In this document: positions 40,403 to 50,253 of the stretch, piece after piece
Layout of the letters: every line of letters starts with the position of its first letter
Numbering within the stretch: position 1 is the first letter of the stretch
Source of the DNA: a virus
Virus record (IMG/VR): IMGVR_UViG_3300027859_000006
Location: 1 to 64,000 of that record
DNA length: 64,000 nucleotides
Direction: 5' to 3' (one strand)
Translations under genes and position numbers: made by a program
Notes under the pieces: model-generated
Told to the model about the DNA's origin: nothing
Database searches by the model: none
What the model saw: only the letters and a program-made list of their open reading frames with translations

Positions 40403-40435
40403 TAAAAAAGGCCCTAAGCCTTTCGACCTAGAGCC
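40403..40435 (-). terminator. Terminator after the tail chaperones
   Basis: GGCTCTAGGTC-GAAA-GGCTTAGGGCC-TTTTTT. Confidence 0.75.
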
Positions 40436-40481
40436 AAACGTGAAACACAGGTGCTTCACTCCAGAGGATAACTTTGTACTC

Positions 40482-40883
40482 CTAGCGACCCTTGCTGATT
40501 TCTTTTTTAGCTTTCTCAACAGAGTTTTTCACATTAATTCTGTCTAGGTGTAGAATTGCTTCCGTTATCTCCATTCTGCTCCAAAAGTCCGTTATTAAGT
40601 ATGTATCTAGTAAGAACGGTAGAGCAGATACGTTTTTTCCTGCGTAAGTACTAACATTACCTCCTGTATACGTATCTGGAAGCTTAGAGTAAATCTCTAG
40701 AGAGTCCTGTACAAACTGAGGCAAGTCCGAAAAATCCGGTGGCATCTTGTCAGGGTCAGGTTCATCACCCATACGCTCACAGATTTCCAAGTACTGTTCT
40801 TTAGTAATATTATGCTGCTGGTTGCTTTGGTATTTATCTAGTAGCTCTAAACCCTTACTTAGATTGCTCTCCGCGAAAGTATT
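40482..40883 (-). CDS. Tail assembly chaperone, frameshift extension (gpT-equivalent)
   Basis: Frame open from 40883 with no RBS/start; in the +1 frame relative to the upstream chaperone; ITKEQYLEICERMG motif. Confidence 0.75.
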   Translation of the reverse strand, partial: NTFAESNLSKGLELLDKYQSNQQHNITKEQYLEICERMGDEPDPDKMPPDFSDLPQFVQDSLEIYSKLPDTYTGGNVSTYAGKNVSALPFLLDTYLITDFWSRMEITEAILHLDRINVKNSVEKAKKEISKGR

Positions 40884-41271
40884 TTAGTTTAAACGCCACC
40901 TCGTTTACCCAAGCTTCAAAAGCAGTACTGTTTTTGATAAGCATTACAGCGTTGTCATGGGTATAAGGAATTTCGTCTTCATCCTTAACCGCGTCGTCGT
41001 CAACTGGTAGTAAGTCTTTAACGTACTCTCCTGTCAGACCTTCCCAACCCTTGATAGCAGCATTGGTGAACTTCTCTGCGAATTTGTTCTCGTCTAGAGT
41101 TTCTTCCATGCTAGAGTAGCGGTCTGACATTCTTGTAACTGTACAGTCTTTGCGAATTTTGTTCGCTAACTGTCTGCTTATTAGACCAATTTTAACTTTA
41201 AATCCTTTGTAACCTGGGAACTCTAGTTCCGCAGTTTTTGATTCCTGTAATACATCTTTTAAATTAACCAT
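40855..41271 (-). CDS. Tail assembly chaperone (gpG-equivalent)
   Basis: AIKGWEGLT, IPYTHDNA, C-terminal YFR; position before the tape measure gene. Confidence 0.8.
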   Translation of the reverse strand: MVNLKDVLQESKTAELEFPGYKGFKVKIGLISRQLANKIRKDCTVTRMSDRYSSMEETLDENKFAEKFTNAAIKGWEGLTGEYVKDLLPVDDDAVKDEDEIPYTHDNAVMLIKNSTAFEAWVNEVAFKLKYFRGEQSK

Positions 41272-41278
41272 ATTTCCT

Positions 41279-42145
41279 CTAGATTATTATTTGTGAGTCT
41301 ACGCTATTTAGTAGCTTAAAGTCTGAAACCGACTGTAGTACTCCTGAGCCAAAATCAGCTCTCTGTGTTATGTTGCAATGTCCTAGGTTGACTGTTATGT
41401 AGTCGCCTAGGGATATAGATACTGGCACATCAGGTAAATACTTAGGCTCTTCAGTCCCTCTTTTTATAGTTGTTATATTACCCGCTACTGCCAAGTTTGA
41501 CCCTACTACATCTTCAGGAATAAACATAGTTCCAGAAAATGCGTCGTGTACTGATTGATTATTTAGCCAGTTTATATCTCTAGTCAATTCTAAGGTAGCA
41601 CCTGCTACTCTAGAAACATCAATACCTGGTACGGATGCTGAGATATAGGCGTTTGTAAATGACCCTTGAGAGTATAATGTTCCGTTAGAAGGTAGAACTA
41701 TTGAATCCATCATAGAAGTAAATCCTCTAGCTGTCACAGACATACCAAGAACTCCTCTAGGATTTAGTTTAAAGCTAAGATTTTCTAGTACCACATTATC
41801 TATGAATACTATCTTTGCTCCTAAATCTACGTAAACATCAAACTTTTTAGTCAACTGTCCATTAACTGCTGGGAAGTTACCGGAGGCATCAAAGCCGTAC
41901 CATTCCAAGACTTTTTTCTCAACTGTAATATTATCGCTGAAATACATTTCAAAGTCAAAAGAGCAATTAGACTTGGCATTTACATAAGTTTTGTTATTAA
42001 TAGCTACTGGGTTATGTACTGTTGATACATCGTACCCTCGCTCAATAAAGGTTTCGGAGAAGTTAAAGTCCGCTACCTTTAGCAGATAGCGGTCAGTACC
42101 GTCGTCTATAATGAGCTTAGAGCCTCTTTTAAAACTAAAGCTCAT
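41279..42145 (-). CDS. Baseplate tube / minor tail protein (T5 p140-like)
   Basis: Tube-protein-like N-terminus (FSFKRGSKL, FSETF); synteny after pb6. Confidence 0.75.
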   Translation of the reverse strand: MSFSFKRGSKLIIDDGTDRYLLKVADFNFSETFIERGYDVSTVHNPVAINNKTYVNAKSNCSFDFEMYFSDNITVEKKVLEWYGFDASGNFPAVNGQLTKKFDVYVDLGAKIVFIDNVVLENLSFKLNPRGVLGMSVTARGFTSMMDSIVLPSNGTLYSQGSFTNAYISASVPGIDVSRVAGATLELTRDINWLNNQSVHDAFSGTMFIPEDVVGSNLAVAGNITTIKRGTEEPKYLPDVPVSISLGDYITVNLGHCNITQRADFGSGVLQSVSDFKLLNSVDSQIII

Positions 42146-42154
42146 TTAGTCTCC

Positions 42155-43306
42155 TTATCGGAAAAACGTAATGTTTACTTCGTCACCGTCGTCCATATCA
42201 GCGCTACTAGGAATACCTTTAAATTCTAGAGACTGAGATATGATAGAGTCTACTGAAACAGCTGGAATACCAATGTGCGCTTGAGGAAGGTTTACTTCCA
42301 CACGGCTACTATTAGATTTACCACCTAGTTCAAAAGTGATGTTAGAAACGTTAATAACGTTTTTGTTCTGTACCATTTGTTTTAGTAAGTCCGCAGAACC
42401 ATAAGCGTTTGCGTCACTAGAACCGTCGGCCAGACCAACACCGTCACGTAGGTAACTATCCATTGTACCAGATACATCAAATGTACCAGTGAATGAACCC
42501 ACCGGAGTATCTACTTCAGCTAGTGTTGAAGGGGTTACATAACTGATGTTGTTATTGATAGTTAGTGAACCACCGGTTAGAGCAATACGGTAGTATGAAG
42601 TAGTACCACCAGCATTAGATTGCATAGTAACAGTTGTTAACTTACTTAAGATGTAAGAACGGTCGGGTGGAATACCTACGAAAGAATCTGCTGTAGGTAG
42701 ATCAGGATTGAACGTTTCCGCGGTAGCCGACATAAATGCAGGAGCTGCGATTTCAACCATCTCTGTACCTTGTCCAGACCAGTTAGTCATAGCAATGTCA
42801 GCAATGTCTAGAGGTATGGAAGCTTCGTTAACCTGAGCTTCTTTAACTAGATAAACTTTGTTATCAATCTTAAAGTAAAGGTTAAGCTTAGTCAGTACGT
42901 GAGCACCGTTTTTAGTGAATCCGATTTTAAACTCTGAACCTGTTGAGTAAACGTCAGTTTGACCAGCATTACCTGCGCCATCACCTTGCAGTTCAAGAGG
43001 AAGGTCATTGCTAGTTGCTAGAGCATGCCATAGGATAGCATCTAAAGCATATACATCACCGTTTACTAAGTACGGGTTTAAGTATGTTGAGAAACTCCAG
43101 TCAACAGGGTCTAGATTAGTATTGAAACGTCTAGAACCACGAGTTGGTGTAGGGCCTGCCTCTTCTGGGGAAATATCCTCAGAAGCCATGTTCTGACCTA
43201 AACTATACCCGTCTTGAATTGGGATCTCAAATGTATTTGAGTTATCGTGTCCAGTGTCCACTGTACTAACCCAAAGTCTGGTATTACGTGATAAATTTAA
43301 AGACAT
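42155..43306 (-). CDS. pb6: Major tail tube protein
   Basis: MSLNLSRNTRLWVST, PTRGSRRFN, WSFSTY; lacks a C-terminal Ig-like domain. Confidence 0.9.
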   Translation of the reverse strand: MSLNLSRNTRLWVSTVDTGHDNSNTFEIPIQDGYSLGQNMASEDISPEEAGPTPTRGSRRFNTNLDPVDWSFSTYLNPYLVNGDVYALDAILWHALATSNDLPLELQGDGAGNAGQTDVYSTGSEFKIGFTKNGAHVLTKLNLYFKIDNKVYLVKEAQVNEASIPLDIADIAMTNWSGQGTEMVEIAAPAFMSATAETFNPDLPTADSFVGIPPDRSYILSKLTTVTMQSNAGGTTSYYRIALTGGSLTINNNISYVTPSTLAEVDTPVGSFTGTFDVSGTMDSYLRDGVGLADGSSDANAYGSADLLKQMVQNKNVINVSNITFELGGKSNSSRVEVNLPQAHIGIPAVSVDSIISQSLEFKGIPSSADMDDGDEVNITFFR

Positions 43307-43317
43307 TAATTATTCTC

Positions 43318-43785
43318 CTAGTAATCTCTTCTTTTTTCATATTCTACAGAGAGTAGTATCTCCCCAATTCCTTGAGGCTGTAATAGACCTTCATCTGTAG
43401 TGATAGACAATATAGTGTTGGATATAGTTTTATGGGTCTCCTGACCACTACTTGTAATTAAATTATACGCCATATCCAAATTCTTGTCAAAAAACTTTTC
43501 TAAGTCACCAATGATTTGCTCAAGTTCCCCTTGGGCATCATCTTGGTTTTTTACATATACTCGTACAGCAACTTCAAGCCTACAAAGGGTAAAGTTGGAG
43601 GGCATGTCTTCTCTAGTCTCAGGCCCAGGAGTAACAGTAATAGTAGGGAAATTCTCTATATCTTGGAAATGTCGAACTCTAGATTCCACATTACCGTACA
43701 TGTTAGTAAGGTAATCCCCAGTACCGTTTAACACTTGTTGTAACTTTTCTACATATGCGACTGGAATCGCTATTCTGGCATTCAT
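43318..43785 (-). CDS. Tail terminator protein (T5 p142-like)
   Basis: TNMYGNV, FPTITVTPGPETR, SITTDEGLL. Confidence 0.85.
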   Translation of the reverse strand: MNARIAIPVAYVEKLQQVLNGTGDYLTNMYGNVESRVRHFQDIENFPTITVTPGPETREDMPSNFTLCRLEVAVRVYVKNQDDAQGELEQIIGDLEKFFDKNLDMAYNLITSSGQETHKTISNTILSITTDEGLLQPQGIGEILLSVEYEKRRDY

Positions 43786-44492
43786 CTAAAGTCACCATTA
43801 ATAATATTGCCGTGTTTGTTTCTTCCTGAGTACACGCTAAATCTAGTATTAGCTAAATCTTGGTCACTTATTAGTAACGATAAAGCATCAGCTATTGCGT
43901 TAGAGAATATATCCCTAGGGTCACGGCCTTTCTTATACTGAGCAAATCCCGGTTCAAATGTTTGATACGGGTAATGCAAATAAGTAAAGTGTATGCTACT
44001 TCTCTTTAGGTTAAAGCTAGTAATATTAACAGAGTTAGCTAACCTACCAGTCCTAAAGTTTAGTGTGTTTCCGTACTTGTGCCCTTTCATAATTTCTTTA
44101 GCTTTTATCTTAACCATACTATTAAGAAGAGTAGCTAATTTAAGAGCACCAATAAATCTTCCAGACCTAGAGCGAAGTGCTTGAGCCGACTTGGTAACAT
44201 TGATCCTTTTAGTTCTAGAGAAACCTTTTATCTTGTTACCTGTGCTGTCACCTACTATAGTAGATACAATACCATCGACTTCAGATTCTAATACCTCTAT
44301 AGCAGCATCTATAATTTGCTCTATACTTTTCTCCGAGGTTTCTATTCCTCTAGAGTCCAATGTATAAGCTAAATCTGCTCCACGCTCTACTAACATTTCC
44401 CTGTATTCTTGAACTCGTCCTAAAGCTATAGAATCTAAGAGTTTAGCTTCTACTAATTTTCGATATTCTAAATCTAGGAAACTGGTAAACAT
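43782..44492 (-). CDS. Tail completion protein (T5 p143-like)
   Basis: RSRSGRF, LNFRTGRLANS, YPYQTFEPG, RDPR. Confidence 0.8.
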   Translation of the reverse strand: MFTSFLDLEYRKLVEAKLLDSIALGRVQEYREMLVERGADLAYTLDSRGIETSEKSIEQIIDAAIEVLESEVDGIVSTIVGDSTGNKIKGFSRTKRINVTKSAQALRSRSGRFIGALKLATLLNSMVKIKAKEIMKGHKYGNTLNFRTGRLANSVNITSFNLKRSSIHFTYLHYPYQTFEPGFAQYKKGRDPRDIFSNAIADALSLLISDQDLANTRFSVYSGRNKHGNIINGDFR

Positions 44493-45034
44493 TATAACAC
44501 CCTGAACATATCTAATATAGTTCTAATGTGACTTGGTAAAATACTAGCATCAGTAAAGTCTACTGACTGTCCGTTACCTATATCTTTAGACTTATTAAAT
44601 TCCCTTTTATCGTAGTAAGTTGTTAGCTCTACTGCCGCTTGTTTAAGTGCAAAAGGCACTACAGTATACCCGTAGGTATAGTCAACAATAAATGCTCTAG
44701 GATTTCTAGGTAGGTTTATTGAAGGGTCGATTAGTTCTATCGTGCCCTCTTGAGGGTGCAGAATGTATTGGGAAGAATCAAGCTCTTCGGTATACTCAGA
44801 TGACCTTTTAATCCCTAAATACTCTACACTTATGATAGGAGTATCTGGTAATATGATGTAGTAATTGCTTTGGTTTAGTCGTACTCCGGTAGCTACCGAA
44901 CCGCTAAAACTAACTTGACAGTATTCTTCTATAATACTATTAACAGCATCAATTAAAGGCTGGAGCTGAGTATCTTGTTTAGGATTGTTTATACCCTTAA
45001 ATAATTTGTATTCGTTTAGAGTTATAACACTCAT
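44492..45034 (-). CDS. Head completion / head-tail adaptor (T5 p144-like)
   Basis: ITLNEYK...IEEYC...YTYGY...LKQA...HIRTILDMFR; start moved to ATG 45034 (RBS GGGAG). Confidence 0.85.
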   Translation of the reverse strand: MSVITLNEYKLFKGINNPKQDTQLQPLIDAVNSIIEEYCQVSFSGSVATGVRLNQSNYYIILPDTPIISVEYLGIKRSSEYTEELDSSQYILHPQEGTIELIDPSINLPRNPRAFIVDYTYGYTVVPFALKQAAVELTTYYDKREFNKSKDIGNGQSVDFTDASILPSHIRTILDMFRVL

Positions 45035-45046
45035 ATTTGCTCCCAA

Positions 45047-45078
45047 TAAAAAAGCCCCACCCAAAGGTGGGCAGGGCT
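45047..45078 (-). terminator. Terminator after the capsid gene
   Basis: GC-rich hairpin CCCACC-TTTG-GGTGGG followed by TTTTTT. Confidence 0.75.
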
Positions 45079-45098
45079 TCTGTTTTAAGTATTATCTA

Positions 45099-47036
45099 TT
45101 ACGCCGCTGCGTAAGTAACTGCAACAACACCTTTGTCTTGTCCGTCAGTGTCACGGATTAGAGACTCTAGGTTTAGACGTTGTGTAGCAACGATAACACG
45201 ACGATCTTTCTCTACGTCGAAGTCAGTACGTACTGTAACTGTACGCTGAGTTGGAACTAGGAAGTTCTTAGTGTTAACTAGTACTGCGTATGCTTTTGAA
45301 AGCCCTGGAGCTTCGAAATGGTCAGATACTAGAACTGGCATACCGTAGATAGAACCTACTTGACCAGATAGCTTAGTAGCTGCCCCACCTACTAGGTTAA
45401 CATCAGCCCATGCGTCGTCTTCGATTAGCGCGTAGTAAGCCTCTGTAGAAACTACTAGAGTAACATCACGTACGTTTAGACCGTAAAGCTTCATTTTCTT
45501 ACGAGCTTTAAGAATCATTTTAGCTGTGATTGGAATGTTACCGTTAGCTGTCGCTGTAGATGTTTCAACACCACCAGCTTTGTTAGTGTCGCTAGAAGCT
45601 TCAGCAGCTGTAGCACGTGGAACTAGACCCTTAGGCTCTGTAGTACCATTACCTAGTAAGAATGCACGGTCGATTTCGTTAGCGTGAGACTCAACTAAGT
45701 GTTGACGAATTAGAGGTAGAAGAGGTATGATAGCATCTTCTGATGTTTCGTCAGTGATGTAGCTCTTAGCAGCAAGCTTCATTGTTTTAAGCGTGATTTC
45801 GCTTAGAGCTGCTGTGATCTCGCTACCAGTACTTGCGTCAGTACCGTAAGCTGTACCAGATACCCATGAAGCGTTCTTACGGTCAGGGTTTACTGGGATA
45901 GTTAGGTTAGCAGACGTCATTGTAATGTCGCGGAAAAGTGGAGCGATAACAAGTTCTGCTTGAATGTCGCGGATTAGGTCAGTAGAGAACACTGTCTCGT
46001 ACGCTTCGCTAGAAACTTCGATTGAAGAAGAATCGTTAACCGCTTTAACTGATTCACCGAATTTAGTACCAAAAGTACCTTTCTGTGTAACGATACCTAG
46101 TAATACTGCGTCATTAACAGACTTACGAGTATCGGGGTTCATTCCGTCAGTTACTTTGTTATAAGAGAACGACTTAGTACGAGATGCAACTACTTGCTTG
46201 ATTTCTTCACGTAGTGCTTCGATTTCGTCTTCGCGAGCTTTAAGAGTATCTGCGAAACTCTTTTGGTTGCTAGCAATTTTGCCTTCAAGCTCGTCTACGA
46301 TAGACTTAGCAGCTTCACGAGCTTGAGTTTTAATTTCTTCCGCTTGCTTAGCAGCTGCGGCTTTAGCAGCGGCTTCTTTAGCCTTTGCGTCAGCTTCTTT
46401 TTGGCGTTCTTTATCTAATAGGCCCATAACGTCGTCTAGGGTTAAGCCTGTATTTTCATTTTTTGTTGACATATCTTGGATTTCCTTAATATCTGTATTT
46501 TCAGCCTCTTCAGCAGGAGGCACGAATTCTTTTTTAAATGCCTCTGCGTCAACTAGTGACTTAGAGACCGAAAATGTAGAGTCTTGGTTGCAAGGAACGG
46601 AAACTACCGAAACCTCTAGTAACTCTAGGTCTGTAATCATATAAGTGTCTGTTTTACTATGATACTCAGCATCATGGATGTAAAAACCTACACTAAATGT
46701 GGACAATACGCCATCCTTAATAAGATGGTATACGTCTCCAGCTCCCTTGCTAATCTTAGCTTCGATGAAAAGTCCATTATCATCTGCGTACCAGTTAGTA
46801 GCTTTACCGATTGGCTTGCTATGGTCGTGGAAGGCTAAAATTATTGGGTTCTTTGAATAGTTGCTAGTAGCATTGCTTTTTAACCAAGTGTCCTTTGGTA
46901 TAACATCGCCAGCTCGGTCCTTTGTGACCGTATTGGCGTAGCCACTAATTATAATATCAGAAGACTCGTCGTCAGCCATCTTAACTGTTTTAATCTGGCT
47001 GACAATTTTACCTTCGTATTTATTCTTTAGAGTCAT
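45099..47036 (-). CDS. pb8: Prohead protease-major capsid protein in-frame fusion (HK97 fold); probable internal capsid start at 46472
   Basis: aa 1-~165 protease (GYANT..KDRAGD, HDH, FSVGF, LLEVSVVSVPCNQ); aa 189-645 delta domain plus capsid (KAVN.SSSIEVSSEAYET, EDAIIPLLP). Confidence 0.9.
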   Translation of the reverse strand: MTLKNKYEGKIVSQIKTVKMADDESSDIIISGYANTVTKDRAGDVIPKDTWLKSNATSNYSKNPIILAFHDHSKPIGKATNWYADDNGLFIEAKISKGAGDVYHLIKDGVLSTFSVGFYIHDAEYHSKTDTYMITDLELLEVSVVSVPCNQDSTFSVSKSLVDAEAFKKEFVPPAEEAENTDIKEIQDMSTKNENTGLTLDDVMGLLDKERQKEADAKAKEAAAKAAAAKQAEEIKTQAREAAKSIVDELEGKIASNQKSFADTLKAREDEIEALREEIKQVVASRTKSFSYNKVTDGMNPDTRKSVNDAVLLGIVTQKGTFGTKFGESVKAVNDSSSIEVSSEAYETVFSTDLIRDIQAELVIAPLFRDITMTSANLTIPVNPDRKNASWVSGTAYGTDASTGSEITAALSEITLKTMKLAAKSYITDETSEDAIIPLLPLIRQHLVESHANEIDRAFLLGNGTTEPKGLVPRATAAEASSDTNKAGGVETSTATANGNIPITAKMILKARKKMKLYGLNVRDVTLVVSTEAYYALIEDDAWADVNLVGGAATKLSGQVGSIYGMPVLVSDHFEAPGLSKAYAVLVNTKNFLVPTQRTVTVRTDFDVEKDRRVIVATQRLNLESLIRDTDGQDKGVVAVTYAAA

Positions 47037-47253
47037 TAGCTTGGTTACCTGATTTTACCGCCGGTGCTTTCTTAGCAGGAGATTTTGTTTCTTCTCCAGC
47101 TAGTGCATCTTGGTAACGAACAACGAAGTTGTCCCACGTACCGTACTCTTTAGAAATATCAGCCACTAGGCATGGTGCTTCTGGATCGTTGCGGAACGCT
47201 GTTTTACCTGGCAGGTCTTTGCCGTAATGTTTCATTATTTTCTCTAGTAACAT
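47020..47253 (-). CDS. Minimal capsid decoration protein (pb10 N-terminal domain-like)
   Basis: Between portal and protease; YGKDLP and WDNFVVRY echo the T5 pb10 capsid-binding domain; no Ig domain. Confidence 0.55.
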   Translation of the reverse strand: MLLEKIMKHYGKDLPGKTAFRNDPEAPCLVADISKEYGTWDNFVVRYQDALAGEETKSPAKKAPAVKSGNQANDSKE

Positions 47254-48464
47254 TATTTGTCATCTTCGTTTGTTGAAGGCTTGCCGCCTTCCTGACCTGA
47301 TACTCCGGTAGCAGAACCTGCAACGTTTGCAGGAATTCTGATTTCGTCTAGTAATGGGTCTTCTAAAGGTTCTAGTCTTAGTATTGAACGAGCTTCTTTG
47401 CCCAGCATAATACCATTGTTGACTAGAGATGAAAGTCTGTCTGACTCTGCTTTTAAGTCTGGTCTTAGAGCGACCACTTTATGAGTAGTTAACTCAATAT
47501 CATAAGCAAAGAAAAACTCAAATGCAGACTCAAATTTTCTCATCATCGGAAGAATGGTAGTGGAGAATAACAACTCCATATTCGGCCTAAGGTTAGCATT
47601 ATTACCAGAATCTAGTAGTATATGAGGTATACCCAGTGCTAAGGCTATTCGTTTTTCCATCGCTTCCATGGATTCGTTAAAGTCTAAATCTCTAAAGCTA
47701 TTTGTATTTAGTGACTTAGCCTTCATTCCAGCATCAAGAATCATAGGTCTACCCTGCGAGTCTTTAGGGTTAAACTTAGACATCCACTCTTTTTCGCGTC
47801 TATCTTTTAATCTGGTAGATAGTACTGCTTCAGTCTCTACGACTAGGCCAATCATTGTACCATTTTCGTAGAATCTAGCCTGAAAATCTAGAGCGGTTTC
47901 GTGTGTAAGGATTGTCTTGATAGCTGCTAGTAATCTTGAACGTCCCCTGAAGTTTCGGTACTCGGAACTTGAGGAATTGTCTCTGATGTGTATGATTTCA
48001 TTAGGTTTAAACTTAACAATAGAATTATAAACATACTCGCTAACGTACGCCTTTTCATCAGTTTTAATCTCCATGTGTCTTGCAGGTACATGGTAGAAGC
48101 CTGAACCGTCAAAGTGAACAAAAACGTTACCCTCGATAATCATGTCTAGAAGTAATAGCCTTTTAAACGTATTGATATCCATGTATGGGTTAGGTCTGTT
48201 GTTCATTAAAGTACTGAGCGTTTTGCCGCGCATGTTACCATCAGCTCTAGCCGTGAAACTAAGTTTGTCTTTTACATCAAACTCAATATCCGAACCTAAG
48301 TCTACTAGAAGGTTAACGCAGCGGTTAACAATTTCCATTAGGTTGTACGCGTTTTCAGTTGTTCTAATTTTGTTCTGGTTTGTCCCAACGTGTGTACCCG
48401 CCTCTTCAGCTATGTACCTTTGGGCGGGGTTTGCTTTAGAATGAATTTTGCTTCGTAAGCTCAC
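47253..48464 (-). CDS. pb7: Portal protein
   Basis: NPAQRYI, PNPYMD, EIIHIRDN, LGIPHILLDSGNNAN, IRIPANVAGSA; 403 aa. Confidence 0.93.
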   Translation of the reverse strand: MSLRSKIHSKANPAQRYIAEEAGTHVGTNQNKIRTTENAYNLMEIVNRCVNLLVDLGSDIEFDVKDKLSFTARADGNMRGKTLSTLMNNRPNPYMDINTFKRLLLLDMIIEGNVFVHFDGSGFYHVPARHMEIKTDEKAYVSEYVYNSIVKFKPNEIIHIRDNSSSSEYRNFRGRSRLLAAIKTILTHETALDFQARFYENGTMIGLVVETEAVLSTRLKDRREKEWMSKFNPKDSQGRPMILDAGMKAKSLNTNSFRDLDFNESMEAMEKRIALALGIPHILLDSGNNANLRPNMELLFSTTILPMMRKFESAFEFFFAYDIELTTHKVVALRPDLKAESDRLSSLVNNGIMLGKEARSILRLEPLEDPLLDEIRIPANVAGSATGVSGQEGGKPSTNEDDK

Positions 48465-48476
48465 TTAACGCTGTCC

Positions 48477-48887
48477 TCAAATCAAAGAGGCAAATCTACC
48501 TTTAGTAGTCTTGCCCTCTGCTTTGTCGCGCTGTTTTTCAACCCAACGCTCCTGTTTCTTAGCGGTGTGCAAAGGAGGCTCACGTCCATAGATAGAATGT
48601 AGTTTTCTATGATGCTCTTCGCAAAGAGTAACAGTGTAGTCTACAAGCTCATACCAATACATCTTATAAAAGTCATCTCGCATTGCTCGGACTTCTTCAT
48701 CTGTATCTACTGGAATATTATGCTCCTCTACGTAATTCTTGAAGAGGGTAGAAACCGTGGTATAGTGGTGTAATTCCAGTTTTTCTTCCGTACTACATAT
48801 TGCACACTTACAGTCCTTTTTATAGTTGGACTTTATACCGTCTCTAATATGTTTTACGGCAACCCGCTTTTTGGTATTTGCTGCCAT
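48477..48887 (-). CDS. T5-type site-specific nicking HNH endonuclease
   Basis: CAIC...LELHH...TLCEEHH..LHSIYG; position between TerL and portal; start at MAANTKK. Confidence 0.8.
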   Translation of the reverse strand: MAANTKKRVAVKHIRDGIKSNYKKDCKCAICSTEEKLELHHYTTVSTLFKNYVEEHNIPVDTDEEVRAMRDDFYKMYWYELVDYTVTLCEEHHRKLHSIYGREPPLHTAKKQERWVEKQRDKAEGKTTKGRFASLI

Positions 48888-48916
48888 AAATTTTTTCCTC
48901 CTAATCAATATAAGCT

Positions 48917-48944
48917 ATTATAAACACTTTTATAAATTTGTAAA
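48917..48944 (-). promoter_or_regulatory. Late promoter for the head genes
   Basis: TTTACA-16-TATAAT on the minus strand. Confidence 0.65.
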
Positions 48945-48969
48945 GTATTTAATTTAGTCCTACTTCTGT

Positions 48970-50253
48970 CTATACAGTAAAGCTATATAAAGCATATCTC
49001 AACGCGTCAGCTATGTGCGAAAATGCATCATGGACAGGTTTAGGCTTTAGTAGCTCAGGACGAGGATCCCACCTATAGTTAGCAAGCATGTCTAGAGTAT
49101 GTATACAAGACTTATCTACTATTAACTTTCCGTTGTCTACTAAGCTTTGAACGTACGCTATACCATCCAGTACCGATTTTATGCTAGGGTTGGACGGGAT
49201 ATCATGTAACTCTGCTAAATCCTGCCTAAACTGCGCAGCGGCAGAGTCACAGAATACAAAGTCCGTATCATCACCCATCATTTTTCGTATGTGTTCTGCG
49301 TGTTGGTCTGTATTTCTTTGTGCTTCCAAGTACTCATCAACAAGATAAAATACCTTCTCATCGAAAGAATAGTAGAGCTTAACAACCGCAGTAGGGTCTT
49401 TATAACCAGCGTCAATACCCATAAGAGCATCGCAATCTTTAAAGTTACGTCCAGACAAGTCCTGAACATACTTATCGGCATCGAACCCTTCGTAGATTTG
49501 ACCTTCGAACGTTGTAAAGTCCGCTTCATACTCTTGTCTAAACTCCGCATTAGACATTGAAAGCTTAGCTTCCTCAATGTCAGCCTCAGACGTTCTAGGG
49601 TTATCTCTCCATGTAGAGTGTATTGAAGCCCAGAAAGGGTACTTGTCGTCATAACCACGCATGTAGAAGTCATGGAAGTAGTTAGTACCACGAGGTGTTG
49701 AAATAAATATAGCTTTAGAATTATCTTTGTCTAGAGTAGGACGTAACTGGATGTTGAAAGCATCCACGCCTTTAGGGTCTAGCGCGGCTTCGTCAAATAG
49801 TATCAGGTCATAAGAACGACCTACACAAGAGTTAGCTTGAGATACAGAACCCAGCTTTATTAGAGAGCCATTCTCTAGTACAATCTCTTTATCCTTAGCA
49901 TTTAGCTTTTCGGTTTTTATATCATGCTTCTTAATAAGCTTTAACTGCTCTGTCCATGAAATGTTAGATAGTGAGTAGTTAGGTGATATAATAAGTATTT
50001 GAGTGCCTGGCTCTAGAGCCTTTAGGAACGCTATGTGGTTAGCACTAAATGTCTTACCTGTACGTCTTGAAAGACACCCTACCACAAAACGGTGAGCAGG
50101 GTCATTGATAGCATTAATTAGTGCTATCTGAGGAGGTATTAACTCTACCCCCTCTAACTCGAAGAATTGGTCGACTGGAAGCTTTAGAAATCGTTTCTCT
50201 AAAGGAAAGTCTTGCAGCTCTTCAAAGTTAATACTGGCTCTAGATACTTGCAT
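48970..50253 (-). CDS. terL: Terminase large subunit
   Basis: SRRTGKT, LFDEAA, ISTPRG, FRQEYEA, GIDAG, HIADALRY. Confidence 0.95.
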   Translation of the reverse strand: MQVSRASINFEELQDFPLEKRFLKLPVDQFFELEGVELIPPQIALINAINDPAHRFVVGCLSRRTGKTFSANHIAFLKALEPGTQILIISPNYSLSNISWTEQLKLIKKHDIKTEKLNAKDKEIVLENGSLIKLGSVSQANSCVGRSYDLILFDEAALDPKGVDAFNIQLRPTLDKDNSKAIFISTPRGTNYFHDFYMRGYDDKYPFWASIHSTWRDNPRTSEADIEEAKLSMSNAEFRQEYEADFTTFEGQIYEGFDADKYVQDLSGRNFKDCDALMGIDAGYKDPTAVVKLYYSFDEKVFYLVDEYLEAQRNTDQHAEHIRKMMGDDTDFVFCDSAAAQFRQDLAELHDIPSNPSIKSVLDGIAYVQSLVDNGKLIVDKSCIHTLDMLANYRWDPRPELLKPKPVHDAFSHIADALRYALYSFTV

